Assembly (NCBI GenBank): GCA_963766885.1
Contig: CAVYBO010000001.1
Coordinates: 196,352 to 260,351 of the forward strand
Origin: an uncultured bacterium
Lineage (GTDB): Bacteria > Patescibacteriota > Minisyncoccia > Phycocordibacterales > CAIRYW01
Length of the DNA: 64,000 bases
Reading direction: 5' to 3'
Shown piece after piece: positions 38,927-48,594 of this stretch. Under the pieces are notes generated by a model. It did no database searches and was not told where the DNA came from. It saw only the letters and a list, made by a program, of their open reading frames with translations. Every line of letters begins with the position of its first letter. Positions within the stretch are counted from its first letter, which is position 1. The position numbers and the translations under genes are program-made.

Positions 38927-40627
38927 TTATCCTCTTGCTCCAGCGCCTCCGCCTGCACCCCCTCTGAATCCGCCTCCGCCAGCAGCTCCACCGCCTCTTG
39001 CGCCAAGTGAACTAAGCAGACTTGGTGTTTGGGTGCTTGTGGTTTGGGTTGATGCGTTTACTACTTTTGTCACAACCTGATCGCCAACTTTGAGACCAGA
39101 AGTTATTTCTGTATTTGTGTCATCTGTTGCTCCTGTTTGGACCACTACAGTTTTTGGAGCTGTTTTTGATGGATAGCTTGCCTCTTCGGATTTTGGAATG
39201 GGGGAGCTAAACATTTGCACATACGATGTGTTGCCTTGAGTTTTTATTGCTGAAGAAGGAATGGTTATTACATTTTGGTGAACATCTGTGATAATTGAAG
39301 CGTCCACACTCATTCCAGGCTTTACTCTGGTATCATCCGTATCAAAGCCAATTTGAACGTTAAAAGTTACAACTCCTTGCGACACTGTTCCTATAAGATC
39401 AACTTGGGTTACGGTACCTGCGATGCTTAGATCCGGCACTGCGTCAAAAGTTAAAGTCACTTTGTCTCCAGCGGCAACTTTTGCTGCATCAACTTCATTT
39501 AAGGATACGTTTGCTATTTTTTCTGTTGTGATAAATGTGCCTACGCTTCCGCTTGCCTGATCTCCTTGCTGTACGCTGATGTTTGCTACTACTCCATCAA
39601 GCGGAGCTTTCACAAAGTAATTGTCATAATTTTTCTGGGCAGTTTCTACGTTAAGTTCAGCAGATTGAATATCCAAAGGATCCGTTCCTTTTACTAACTC
39701 TTGAAGAGCCACACTATCTTGCTGAATCGTGTTTATATTTGATTGAATCGTGTCGTTTGCGTTTTGCAGATTTGATAGGTCAGAATTTATAGTTGATGTC
39801 CATTGTCCTAAATTTGTTTCAGATGCTGTTGTGTCGGTCGATACTTCTTTGCTTGCGTCATTGTTTTCTATATAGTCAACAGCAGCTTTGGTGTATTGAA
39901 TTGCCTTGGCCAAATCGTTGGCGGTATTATAAGTTTCTTCGATTATATTGTCGGTTGTTGTTGCGTCTGTTTGGCTTCTTGAATTGTTGTAATCTTGAAA
40001 ACTTTTTTGATATTCTGTATTTGCAATATCGAAGCTTGCTCCCGCTTGATTTACATCGGCTTGTGCTGTGGTATCCATAAAGATTGTTTCTTGAGGTGTC
40101 AAATAACCTCCTTTTGTATTAAACATTCCGTTTAATCCGCTTATTATGCTTGCCATATCAATATATGAGTTTGAAACAGCGCTTATCCCAGAAGTTTCGG
40201 CAGATGCTTTTGATGACTCTGCATTACTCAAGCTATTTTGATCTTGTGTTAATTGGGTTGGATCTGGCGGCTCTTGAAGCTTTGCCAAAGCGATCTGGGC
40301 GTTTTGAAGGGAAATGAGCGCGCTTGAAGGATCAATTTCTACGAGAGTGGTTCCGGCAGTAACTTTTTGTCCTGCGGTAGCGTCAACTGCCTCAACTGTT
40401 CCTGTAACATTGTTGTTTAAATCTATTTCGTTTGAAGCGGCTACTTGTCCAGTGCCTGTAACGGTGTCGATAATCGTTCCATTTGCCGCTTCGGCCAAAG
40501 TATACTTCGGCACATTGCCAACATTCTGGAGTATTTTTACAGAGCCGTAAGCGGTGCTTGCCAAAACAATAATAAGGAGTACAGAAAGCTTTTTGTGAAA
40601 TTTCCAAAGATTTGATATTTTTGCCAT
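38927..40627 (-). CDS. periplasmic adaptor (membrane fusion protein, HlyD/MacA-like) with long coiled coil and Gly/Ala-rich C-terminal tail
   Basis: N-terminal anchor, biotinyl-lipoyl-like half (VEAVDATAGQKVTAGTTLVEID), a long Q/N/T-rich coiled coil and a beta-barrel region. Ends GGAAGGGGFRGGAGGGAGARG. Confidence 0.7.
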   Translation of the reverse strand: MAKISNLWKFHKKLSVLLIIVLASTAYGSVKILQNVGNVPKYTLAEAANGTIIDTVTGTGQVAASNEIDLNNNVTGTVEAVDATAGQKVTAGTTLVEIDPSSALISLQNAQIALAKLQEPPDPTQLTQDQNSLSNAESSKASAETSGISAVSNSYIDMASIISGLNGMFNTKGGYLTPQETIFMDTTAQADVNQAGASFDIANTEYQKSFQDYNNSRSQTDATTTDNIIEETYNTANDLAKAIQYTKAAVDYIENNDASKEVSTDTTASETNLGQWTSTINSDLSNLQNANDTIQSNINTIQQDSVALQELVKGTDPLDIQSAELNVETAQKNYDNYFVKAPLDGVVANISVQQGDQASGSVGTFITTEKIANVSLNEVDAAKVAAGDKVTLTFDAVPDLSIAGTVTQVDLIGTVSQGVVTFNVQIGFDTDDTRVKPGMSVDASIITDVHQNVITIPSSAIKTQGNTSYVQMFSSPIPKSEEASYPSKTAPKTVVVQTGATDDTNTEITSGLKVGDQVVTKVVNASTQTTSTQTPSLLSSLGARGGGAAGGGGFRGGAGGGAGARG

Positions 40628-40633
40628 ATGTTT

Positions 40634-41176
40634 TTATTGGTTATTTGGACCCTGACTAGGTAGAGGTGGTGTTTGTGGTGAAGATGTGGAGGTTGTCGGG
40701 TTGCTTTGACTTGGCGGAGGAGGAAGTACTCTTATTAAATTTGCCTCAATATTGCCGTTATTGTCTGGAGATCCAATGACAATTACATAATCGCCAGTTT
40801 TAATTTCTGAAGATTTTATGTCATTTCTAAATTCCCTGAATATTGTGTTATCTGTGATAGAGACAGTTTTTTCAACACCGTCTTTGTCGGCGATTATTAT
40901 ATTCGGCAGAGACATTTTGATGATGTATCCTGAGGCTCCGTTTGCATTCGGGAGGTTATTGTTCAAGGAATTAAAATCTGGCAGCATACCGTCGCTGCCT
41001 TCATGACCCTCTATATCTCTATTGTAATTTTCTCCCAGACGGCAAGAAAAGAATGCTTTTTTATATCCAATCAGTATTCCCGCTTGAAATACAAATAAAA
41101 CAATTGCTATAGCAAAGATGACATATACAATTACGTGCAAAGCTCTAGACTCAAAGAATTTTTTCAGTTTTTCCAT
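40634..41176 (-). CDS. membrane-anchored hypothetical protein with Pro/Ser/Thr-rich C-terminus
   Basis: TM anchor plus a small beta-rich domain IIADKDGVEKTVSITDNTIF...GDYVIVIGSPDNNGNIEANLIRV, resembling the 36510-36941 protein. Confidence 0.4.
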   Translation of the reverse strand: MEKLKKFFESRALHVIVYVIFAIAIVLFVFQAGILIGYKKAFFSCRLGENYNRDIEGHEGSDGMLPDFNSLNNNLPNANGASGYIIKMSLPNIIIADKDGVEKTVSITDNTIFREFRNDIKSSEIKTGDYVIVIGSPDNNGNIEANLIRVLPPPPSQSNPTTSTSSPQTPPLPSQGPNNQ

Positions 41177-41179
41177 TTT

Positions 41180-41590
41180 TTATTTATAAATTAATTTAGC
41201 TTTTGAAAAATCACCAGCTTCTCTGATCGCTTTTGAAACAAGAAGAAGCAGCACTCCCAGCATTGTAAATGCAATAAACATGTCAAAGATGGGTGCAGAT
41301 TCAAGTAAAACCAGAGAAAACTGCTTCCAGTTTGTCAGCGCCACTCCGCTGTCAGATACAATAATCGATGCGTATTTGTAAAATGCTGATGAAGTAAAAT
41401 TGGATAGTATAATTGAAAATATCGATACGAAAAATACGCCAAAAGAAGCGGCAGCGGCAGCAAATATTCCGAATGTCATCTTAGCTTTCTTTATTTTTGC
41501 TTCTTTTATTCCAAATAAAACTTTTTGCTCCAGTTCTTCTGGACACTTAACTTTGGAATTTAAAAAAATTTTTTCTATGTCTTTTTCCAT
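41180..41590 (-). CDS. putative anti-sigma factor / membrane protein
   Basis: 136 aa with two TM segments, immediately downstream of the ECF sigma gene on the same strand. Confidence 0.35.
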   Translation of the reverse strand: MEKDIEKIFLNSKVKCPEELEQKVLFGIKEAKIKKAKMTFGIFAAAAASFGVFFVSIFSIILSNFTSSAFYKYASIIVSDSGVALTNWKQFSLVLLESAPIFDMFIAFTMLGVLLLLVSKAIREAGDFSKAKLIYK

Positions 41591-41601
41591 TTTGCTTTGA
41601 A

Positions 41602-42195
41602 TTATACTATATTTTTACGGTAAGGATCATTATTTTGGTGCAGTGTCAAATATTCTCTAAGTTTGATGATTGCTCTCCTGTATCTGCTTTTTACCGTGTT
41701 CATTGGCTCTTTGGTTAAAAGCGAGATTTCCTCAAACGTCATTCCTGTTTCGTGCCTCAAAGCCACAATTTCCCTGTATTTTTTGGGTAAGCTTTTGATT
41801 GACTGCCCGAATATTTCTGCGTTTTCTTTTTCTTCAAAAACACTGTCGGCAAGAGGCATCGTGTCCGCGATGTTTTCTTCAAAGGTTGTATCGTTTTCAT
41901 CATTATCTAATTCTGAAAAAACCATGCTTTTTTTCTTGCGCATATAGTCATACGTCGTATTTCTGGCAATGGTAAAAATCCAAACTCTGAAGTTTTTTGT
42001 CTGGTCATATTTTTTTATATTCTTCCAAGCTTTGAGAAATGTCTCTTGAACAATGTCTTCAGACGCTTCCTGTTTGCCGCAAAGTCTAAAAACAAAAGAA
42101 TATATTGCTTTGGTGTGTCTGGCTACGAGCGCTTGAAAAGCGCTTTCGTTCCCATTTATGTATTCCTTTATTAATTCGTTGTCATCTTTCTCCAT
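41602..42195 (-). CDS. ECF-type RNA polymerase sigma factor (sigma-70 family regions 2 and 4)
   Basis: Region 2 AFQALVARHTKAIYSFVFRLCG...DIVQETFLKAWKN. Region 4 LPKKYREIVALRHETGMTFEEISLLTKEPMNTVKSRYRRA. Confidence 0.85.
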   Translation of the reverse strand: MEKDDNELIKEYINGNESAFQALVARHTKAIYSFVFRLCGKQEASEDIVQETFLKAWKNIKKYDQTKNFRVWIFTIARNTTYDYMRKKKSMVFSELDNDENDTTFEENIADTMPLADSVFEEKENAEIFGQSIKSLPKKYREIVALRHETGMTFEEISLLTKEPMNTVKSRYRRAIIKLREYLTLHQNNDPYRKNIV

Positions 42196-42277
42196 ACTTT
42201 AATTGTAAGTCTTTTTTCATTATATAAAAGTTTTCAGCTTGTTTTTGTTTTATCTGATTAGAGGTTAAAATGTCTGC

Positions 42278-43102
42278 ATGACTGAACATAAGCATGTAAA
42301 GAATTATCAAAGACGGTGGAGTATAAGCTATGCATCCACTCCAATACAAAAGTTCTATTCTTTTTTTCTAGTACCGCTTTTTGTAGTGTTGTTAATATAC
42401 TTGGCATTCAAAATTTTTCCAAATTTTAACCAATCTACAAATGGAAATTTTTCTATAGAATATGTTTTCTTTGCGGTCTTAAGCACACTCGTCAGACTTT
42501 TGATCGCATATTTTCTTTCGGTGATTATTGCTTTTCCTCTTGCCGTGCTTGCGGTTTATAATCGTTTCTTTGAAGCAATACTTCTTCCGCTTTTTGACAT
42601 CATCCAATCAATGCCGGTATTGGCCCTTTTTCCAATAGTGGTTTTGCTTTTTGTCAGATTTGGAATGTATAACGGAGCCGCAATATTTATTTTGTTTTTA
42701 AGCATGCTTTGGAATATCGTTTTTACTTTGGTTGGCGGCCTCAAAATTATTCCCAAAGACATCACTTACGCGGCAGAAGTTTTTGGTATCAAAGGATTTT
42801 CATATTTCAGGAAAGTTATTATTCCGGGAGTTTTTCCAGAGTTGGTTACTGGATCAATCTTGGCTTTTTCACAAGGCTGGAACCTTACAATTGTTGCTGA
42901 GGCCATACATACTTACATTCCAGGCGGCAAGGAAAGCCAAGATCTTTTTGGAATCGGCAGCGCTTTGGTTCATGCTTCGGCTGGAGCAAACGGCACATTG
43001 TTTGTTTATGCTGTTGTGGCCATGACGGTGGTAATTGGATTAATGAATTTATTAATTTGGCAGAGACTTTTACATTATGCAGAACGATTCAGATTTGAAT
43101 AA
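42278..43102 (+). CDS. ABC transporter permease (nitrate/sulfonate/taurine-type, SsuC/TauC-like)
   Basis: Six TM helices with the EAA-type loop of binding-protein-dependent permeases. Confidence 0.75.
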   Translation: MTEHKHVKNYQRRWSISYASTPIQKFYSFFLVPLFVVLLIYLAFKIFPNFNQSTNGNFSIEYVFFAVLSTLVRLLIAYFLSVIIAFPLAVLAVYNRFFEAILLPLFDIIQSMPVLALFPIVVLLFVRFGMYNGAAIFILFLSMLWNIVFTLVGGLKIIPKDITYAAEVFGIKGFSYFRKVIIPGVFPELVTGSILAFSQGWNLTIVAEAIHTYIPGGKESQDLFGIGSALVHASAGANGTLFVYAVVAMTVVIGLMNLLIWQRLLHYAERFRFE

Positions 43103-43174
43103 AAAAGAAAAAAAAGCGGAATTATAATTTTTAATTCCGTTGAAAAAATTTACGAAGGCGAAAAGACGGACGCC

Positions 43175-43822
43175 TTGGCGGATATTTCTTTGTCTGTCCA
43201 AACAGGAGAATTTGTCTGCCTTATCGGCGCATCCGGCTGCGGCAAAACCACAATCCTTAAAATCATTGCCGGACTTGAAAAGCAAACTGCGGGCAAAGTT
43301 ATTAAGCCAGAAAAAATTTCTATGTGCTTTCAATCCGGAGCCCTGTTTCCTTGGCTTTCAGTTTTTGAAAACGTGGCGATGGGATTGCGGCAAATTGGCG
43401 TAAGTGGGGAAAAATTAACTCATGAAGTTCACAAATATCTTTCAATGGTCAACATTACAGAGTTGAGGGAAAAGTTTCCAAGCGAGCTTTCTGGAGGGCA
43501 AAAACAAAGAGTTGGAATTGCCAGAGCTTTGTCAGTTGAGCCGGAAGTTTTGCTTTTGGATGAACCGTTTTCTGCACTTGATGAAAAGACAACAGCCGAG
43601 CTTCACGATGACATGCTCAAAATTTGGAAGGAGACAAATAAAACTATTGTCATGGTATCGCACATAATTGAAGAAGCGGTGACTTTGGGTGAAAGGGTGA
43701 TTCTAATAAAAGAAGGGAAAGTTGTAGAAGATTTCAAAATCACTTTACCATATCCACGCCGCGAACAAGAAGCTGACTTTGCCCACCAAGTAATGAAAAT
43801 CCGCAGAGCGTTTTTCGCTTGA
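43175..43822 (+). CDS. ABC transporter ATP-binding protein (SsuB/TauB-like); true start probably upstream with non-ATG start
   Basis: Walker A GASGCGKTT, signature LSGGQKQRVGIARAL and Walker B LLLDEPFSALD. The in-frame upstream peptide IIFNSVEKIYEGEKTDALAD back to about 43103 is ABC-like but lacks an ATG. Confidence 0.8.
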   Translation: MADISLSVQTGEFVCLIGASGCGKTTILKIIAGLEKQTAGKVIKPEKISMCFQSGALFPWLSVFENVAMGLRQIGVSGEKLTHEVHKYLSMVNITELREKFPSELSGGQKQRVGIARALSVEPEVLLLDEPFSALDEKTTAELHDDMLKIWKETNKTIVMVSHIIEEAVTLGERVILIKEGKVVEDFKITLPYPRREQEADFAHQVMKIRRAFFA

Positions 43823-43871
43823 ATTTCTATTTGACTTCTTTTTGTAAGTATAATATACTTAGACCGTCTAA

Positions 43872-44327
43872 ATGTTAGGCAATCTAACTATGATTAAAAA
43901 GTCGGAAAAAATAATAAAAAGGAAAAGCAACGGCAAGATAACCCCAATGGTTTTTCGCTTGACCCAGCTCATAAAAGAAGAAGCCAATAAAGGCAATGGA
44001 AATATATCTTCAATGATGCAAGGCAGATGTTTGTATTTTATAGATCAAGACGGCGAGCCGACGATGAAAAAGCTGGCAGAATATTTTTGTATTACGCCAC
44101 CTTCGGCCACATCTGTGATTGAAGGGATGATAAAGCTTGGGTTTGTTATAAGAAAATCAAGCCAAAAGGACAGGCGAACAGTTCAGCTTGCTATCACGCC
44201 AAAAGGAAAGAAAGAATTGGAAAAATCAATGAATTTGGCCGAAAAAGCTTTGAATAAGTTGATTGTGCATTTATCAAAAAGCGAAAAGGAGAGTTTTTCA
44301 AATATCCTTGAAAAAATTACGCGGTAA
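43872..44327 (+). CDS. MarR-family transcriptional regulator
   Basis: Winged-helix core MKKLAEYFCITPPSATSVIEGMIKLGFVIRKSSQKDRRTVQLAITPKG. Confidence 0.8.
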   Translation: MLGNLTMIKKSEKIIKRKSNGKITPMVFRLTQLIKEEANKGNGNISSMMQGRCLYFIDQDGEPTMKKLAEYFCITPPSATSVIEGMIKLGFVIRKSSQKDRRTVQLAITPKGKKELEKSMNLAEKALNKLIVHLSKSEKESFSNILEKITR

Positions 44328-44360
44328 AAATTATAAAAAATTTATAAAAGCAAATAATTT

Positions 44361-45893
44361 ATGAAAAACGTATTCAAAATGAAAGGACCGGTTATGGTGA
44401 TGAGCATCGCAGGAATTATTGCAGTGGCGGCAATTGCTTTTGCTTTTGTTTATAAAAGCGGGGCAAAGCTTACAAATGAAGTTGCAGTGTCAAAAATGAA
44501 TTTGACAGAAGAAGTTACTGCTACAGGCCAAGTTGATGCCGCACAGGATTTGCAGTTATCTTTTAATAGTAGTGGAGAAATTGCTGACGTAAACGCCCAA
44601 GTTGGTGATCATGTTTCGGCTGGAGAAACAATCGCAGCCTTAGATTCTTCAGAATTAAATGCTTCACTTCTCTCAGCTCAAGCAGACCTGACCAAGGCCC
44701 AAATAGGCCTTTCAGATGTTCAGTTGGCAACCTCTTCAACTTCGTTTGGAGACCAGACAATGCAGCAGTCGTCTGTTTCATCAGCACGATCAACTCTTGT
44801 TTCTACGCTTCAAAATGATTATGTGCAGATAAGTAATGCTTACGGCCAATATATTGAGCAATTTACAAACAACAATGCCAATAATCCTGCTTTCGGTGCG
44901 ACAGTTAATGAAAATGGCGGAGCCTATTACATTCAAGGGACACCAGAGCAGGCAGATAATTTGACTGATGAAATTTCTAATGTTTCTGCATTGATAAAAA
45001 ATTGGAGCACAGCTGATAACTCGCTTCAGAGCGATGCGGATATTTACAGCGCATCAGATTCTGCAGAAAATACCATCAACGCCTTTAATACTCTTTTATC
45101 AGATACGCATACAGTTGTAAGTTCTTACACTATAAACAATCAGACAGACCAAACTGTTTATGGAACTTACGAAGGCTACATTTCTTCTTATCAAGGCATT
45201 GCAAGTCAGGCGCTCTCGGCACTTCAGGCCGCAAAAACTGCATATCAATCAGGAATTGCTTCTGCTAGTCCAAATTCCGTAGCGCTTCAACAAACATCAG
45301 TAGAAAGCGCAAATGCAAATGTCATGGCAATTCAGGCCGAGATAAACAATGGAATTATCTCTGCCCCTATTAATGGCACTATAACTTTACAAAATGCAAA
45401 AGTTGGTGAAGCGGCGTCCGCTGGTGTGCCTTTGGTGTCAATGATTTCAAATGGAAAATTCCAAATTGATGCATACGTTTCGGAAGCGGATATTGGCAAA
45501 GTTAAAGTTGGAGACAGCGCAACCGTGACTTTGGACGCGTACGGAGACTCTGTGCCATTTCAAGCTACTGTGATTACAGTTGATCCAGCGGAGACAGTGG
45601 TGAACGGAGTCGGAAATTACAAAGTCACTTTGCAGTTTAACAATGAAGACAATAGGATAAAAACGGGCATGACAGCAGAAGTAGATATTTTCACAGCAAC
45701 AAGAACCAATGTTCTTGCGGTGCCGTTTGGTTCAATAATAAAAAACGGCGATGATGATTTTGTTTTGGTTGATCTAGGAAATGGAAAAACAGAACAAAAG
45801 CAAGTTCAGGTTGGCATTACTGGATCAAATGGTTATGTTGAAATATTATCAGGCTTAAATGATGGCGATAAAATTGTCGCTTTTGGCAATTAA
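44361..45893 (+). CDS. HlyD-family periplasmic adaptor (membrane fusion protein)
   Basis: TM anchor, lipoyl-like VNAQVGDHVSAGETIAALD, a long coiled coil and C-terminal barrel motifs (INGTITLQNAKVGEAAS). Confidence 0.7.
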   Translation: MKNVFKMKGPVMVMSIAGIIAVAAIAFAFVYKSGAKLTNEVAVSKMNLTEEVTATGQVDAAQDLQLSFNSSGEIADVNAQVGDHVSAGETIAALDSSELNASLLSAQADLTKAQIGLSDVQLATSSTSFGDQTMQQSSVSSARSTLVSTLQNDYVQISNAYGQYIEQFTNNNANNPAFGATVNENGGAYYIQGTPEQADNLTDEISNVSALIKNWSTADNSLQSDADIYSASDSAENTINAFNTLLSDTHTVVSSYTINNQTDQTVYGTYEGYISSYQGIASQALSALQAAKTAYQSGIASASPNSVALQQTSVESANANVMAIQAEINNGIISAPINGTITLQNAKVGEAASAGVPLVSMISNGKFQIDAYVSEADIGKVKVGDSATVTLDAYGDSVPFQATVITVDPAETVVNGVGNYKVTLQFNNEDNRIKTGMTAEVDIFTATRTNVLAVPFGSIIKNGDDDFVLVDLGNGKTEQKQVQVGITGSNGYVEILSGLNDGDKIVAFGN

Positions 45894-45910
45894 ATAACAT
45901 TGTAAATAAC

Positions 45911-46633
45911 ATGGTTGAATCAGAAAAAAATCAAATTATTGAGCAAGGAAAAGAAATTCTTAAAGAAGAAAAGCAGATTTTGAATGAAGTAAAAAACGAA
46001 GAAAAAGAAATCAAAAAAGAGGGCAGAAGCGTCTGGGTTCTGACAATCCTTATTTGTTTTTTTGTTCTTGCTATCGGAGGAGGCTTCTTGTATTTGATGA
46101 TATCAAATCAAACTGTTTATACAGAAAATGCTTTAATACAGGCCCCGAACATAAATTTGAGTTCTACTAGCGGAGGAGAACTGCAGCAAGTGTATGTGCA
46201 TGAAGGAGATTTTATAAAAGCCAATACCGTTGTTGCAAGAGTTGGAAATGAATTGATAAAAACTCAAGTGGATAGCGAGGTGCTGACCATAAACAACGAT
46301 ATAGGCGCGATTTTTACTCCAGGAGAAACGGTCGCAACTGTCATTGATCCAACACAACTGCGTGTGGTGGGTGAAGTTGACGAAAACAAAGGCTTAAGCG
46401 ATATAAAAGTTGGCCAAGAAGCCAAATTTACAGTTGATGCTTTTGGTTCCGAGAAATTCTATGGAGTTGTTGATGAAATTAGTCCGACTGCTGTGCAGCA
46501 AGATGTTGTTTTTAATGTTTCTGATGCAAGAGAAGAAAATCAATTTGATGTTAAAGTCAGGTTTGACACGACTCTTTATCCGCAGCTTAAAAACGGAATG
46601 TCTGCAAAACTTTGGGTCTATAAAAATTCCTAA
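45911..46633 (+). CDS. HlyD/EmrA-like membrane fusion protein (short)
   Basis: Lys/Glu-rich N-terminus, TM anchor, then VHEGDFIKANTVVARV and LRVVGEVDENKGLSDIKVGQEAKFTVDAF lipoyl/barrel motifs. Confidence 0.7.
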   Translation: MVESEKNQIIEQGKEILKEEKQILNEVKNEEKEIKKEGRSVWVLTILICFFVLAIGGGFLYLMISNQTVYTENALIQAPNINLSSTSGGELQQVYVHEGDFIKANTVVARVGNELIKTQVDSEVLTINNDIGAIFTPGETVATVIDPTQLRVVGEVDENKGLSDIKVGQEAKFTVDAFGSEKFYGVVDEISPTAVQQDVVFNVSDAREENQFDVKVRFDTTLYPQLKNGMSAKLWVYKNS

Positions 46634-46639
46634 AATAAA

Positions 46640-48139
46640 ATGGCAGAAGCCACGCCAGCAAAAAATAAAAATGACAACCTAAAATGGTGGATTCTTGCCA
46701 CCGTCATTCTGGGTACATTTTTAGGAAGGCTTGATCAAACAATTGTAAACCTGGCTCTTCCAAAAATTATCACGGACTTTAGCATCACAGTTGATTCGGC
46801 TGGATGGATTGCCACCGCTTACATTATTGCAAACGCTATTTTTGTTCCTGTTTGGGGCAAGCTTGGTGACACGGCAGGAAGAAAGAAAGTCTACATTTCA
46901 GGTTTCGTGATTTTTATTGTCGGTTCCGTGCTTGCAGGACTTTCCTGGAATTTAACTTCAATGATTATTTTTAGAGTTATTCAAGCAATTGCCAGCTCTG
47001 CTGATTATCCAACAGCGATGGCAATTTTAGCCGTCACTTTCAAAGAAGGCAAAGAACGCGCGCAGGCTCTGGGTTTTTGGTCGGCGTCTTTTGCGGTGGC
47101 AAGCGTTTTTGGTCCGCTGATTGGCGGACCACTAATAGATACTTTTGGCTGGAGATCAGTATTTTTGGTTAATCTGCCAGTCGGACTTGTCGGATTGCTT
47201 ATGGCAATAATATTTGTGGAGGAGTCAACGTCCTTGGTCAAAGATGAATCGTTTGACTGGTTCGGCGCAAGTTCCTTAGGAATTTTTCTTGCCTCAATTG
47301 TTCTTGTTCTTGATCAGGGTTCAGGATGGGGATGGCTTTCACTGCCTATAATTCTTTGGTATTTAATAGCGTTAATAAGCGGCGTAGCATTTTATTTTAT
47401 TGAGAAATATCAAAAGGCTCCAATTGTAGATTTTAAATTCTTTAGCAATACGCTTTTTGTAGGCACTTTAGTCAACAATTTTGTGACTTTTATGGGACTT
47501 ATGGGCAGTGTCTTTTTGATTCCTATATTTAGTCAGACATTTTTGGGATACACCGCCACGCAATCTGGAGATTTGTTTATTCCTATGGCATTGATATTTT
47601 TGGTTGCCGCGCCACTGGGAGGAACTTTTATCGGCAAAATAAAGTCGCAATATATTATCTTTGTAAGCACTTTTATCGGCGCCGCAGGTTTGTTTTTCTT
47701 GGTCAGGATTGATCCTAGGAGCACCGCTATAGATATAATGTGGCCAATTTGCGTGATGGCTTTTGGTATGGGTTTTGGTATGGCTCAAAGGACAAACGCA
47801 ATTGCCGTATCTGTGCCGCAAAATGAGATAGGTGTTGCGTCTTCAATTCTGGCTCTTGTTAGAAATATCGCCGGAGCTTTTGGTATTGCTATTTTTGCAA
47901 GTCTCTTAAATGTTTTTACAGACAATAACGTAATAAAAATTTCTCAGTTCAGCACTTTTAATTTCCAATCAGCAACTGATTTTAAAACAGCAATAGGATT
48001 AATAATTCTCAAAGCAGATGTTTCTGCTTATTCCGAAGTATTTTTTATTGCTGCAACTCTGATGCTCATCGGCTCGTTTACGGCTTTTATGATACGAACA
48101 GGGCATCAATTCTCTGATGTGGAAATGTTTGTGGAGTAG
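46640..48139 (+). CDS. MFS transporter, DHA2/EmrB-QacA family (14 TMS)
   Basis: LDQTIVNLALPKI and GKLGDTAGRKK motifs. 499 aa. Confidence 0.85.
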   Translation: MAEATPAKNKNDNLKWWILATVILGTFLGRLDQTIVNLALPKIITDFSITVDSAGWIATAYIIANAIFVPVWGKLGDTAGRKKVYISGFVIFIVGSVLAGLSWNLTSMIIFRVIQAIASSADYPTAMAILAVTFKEGKERAQALGFWSASFAVASVFGPLIGGPLIDTFGWRSVFLVNLPVGLVGLLMAIIFVEESTSLVKDESFDWFGASSLGIFLASIVLVLDQGSGWGWLSLPIILWYLIALISGVAFYFIEKYQKAPIVDFKFFSNTLFVGTLVNNFVTFMGLMGSVFLIPIFSQTFLGYTATQSGDLFIPMALIFLVAAPLGGTFIGKIKSQYIIFVSTFIGAAGLFFLVRIDPRSTAIDIMWPICVMAFGMGFGMAQRTNAIAVSVPQNEIGVASSILALVRNIAGAFGIAIFASLLNVFTDNNVIKISQFSTFNFQSATDFKTAIGLIILKADVSAYSEVFFIAATLMLIGSFTAFMIRTGHQFSDVEMFVE

Positions 48140-48155
48140 TCTGTTTTAATTTTGG

Positions 48156-48551
48156 TTACTTCTCAATCTCATTTTCAATAAATTTATCAAGAGTAAAAAA
48201 GTCATCACCGTTTAGGAAAATAGTAATCATGGCAATTGAAAGTCCAAAGTCGCGCACTCCTATACTATTCCATCCGACAATGTACATGATGTCCAATATA
48301 TGAAGTGTAAGAATAAGGGCAACAAATTGTGTAAAAAATCCAAGGAGAAGTGCCGCACCGAACGTGATTTCAAATATGCCGTTTAAGAAAACTATTGTGG
48401 AAATACTAAGCCCGGAAAGACTTGAAACCCATTGGGGTACGTAATCAAGCCATTGTGATGTATCGGAAATTTGATTTATGCCAAACCAGATAAAGACAAG
48501 GGCGATGCCTATGCGGAGTACCACGGGAGAGAATTTTTTTAGTTTTTTCAC
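48156..48551 (-). CDS. DoxX-family membrane protein
   Basis: LRIGIALVFIWFGINQISD is a DoxX-type first helix. 131 aa, 4 TMS. Confidence 0.65.
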   Translation of the reverse strand: MKKLKKFSPVVLRIGIALVFIWFGINQISDTSQWLDYVPQWVSSLSGLSISTIVFLNGIFEITFGAALLLGFFTQFVALILTLHILDIMYIVGWNSIGVRDFGLSIAMITIFLNGDDFFTLDKFIENEIEK

Positions 48552-48594
48552 GGTTTTATTTTATGTATATTATTTTAACATTTTTACAAATAAA

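Noticed and set aside
43103-43174. Frameshift in the ABC ATPase (43175-43822) start region
   Set aside because: The upstream in-frame peptide is continuous and ABC-like but simply lacks ATG. A non-canonical start (ATT/ATA/TTG) overlapping the permease stop is a simpler explanation than a frameshift.
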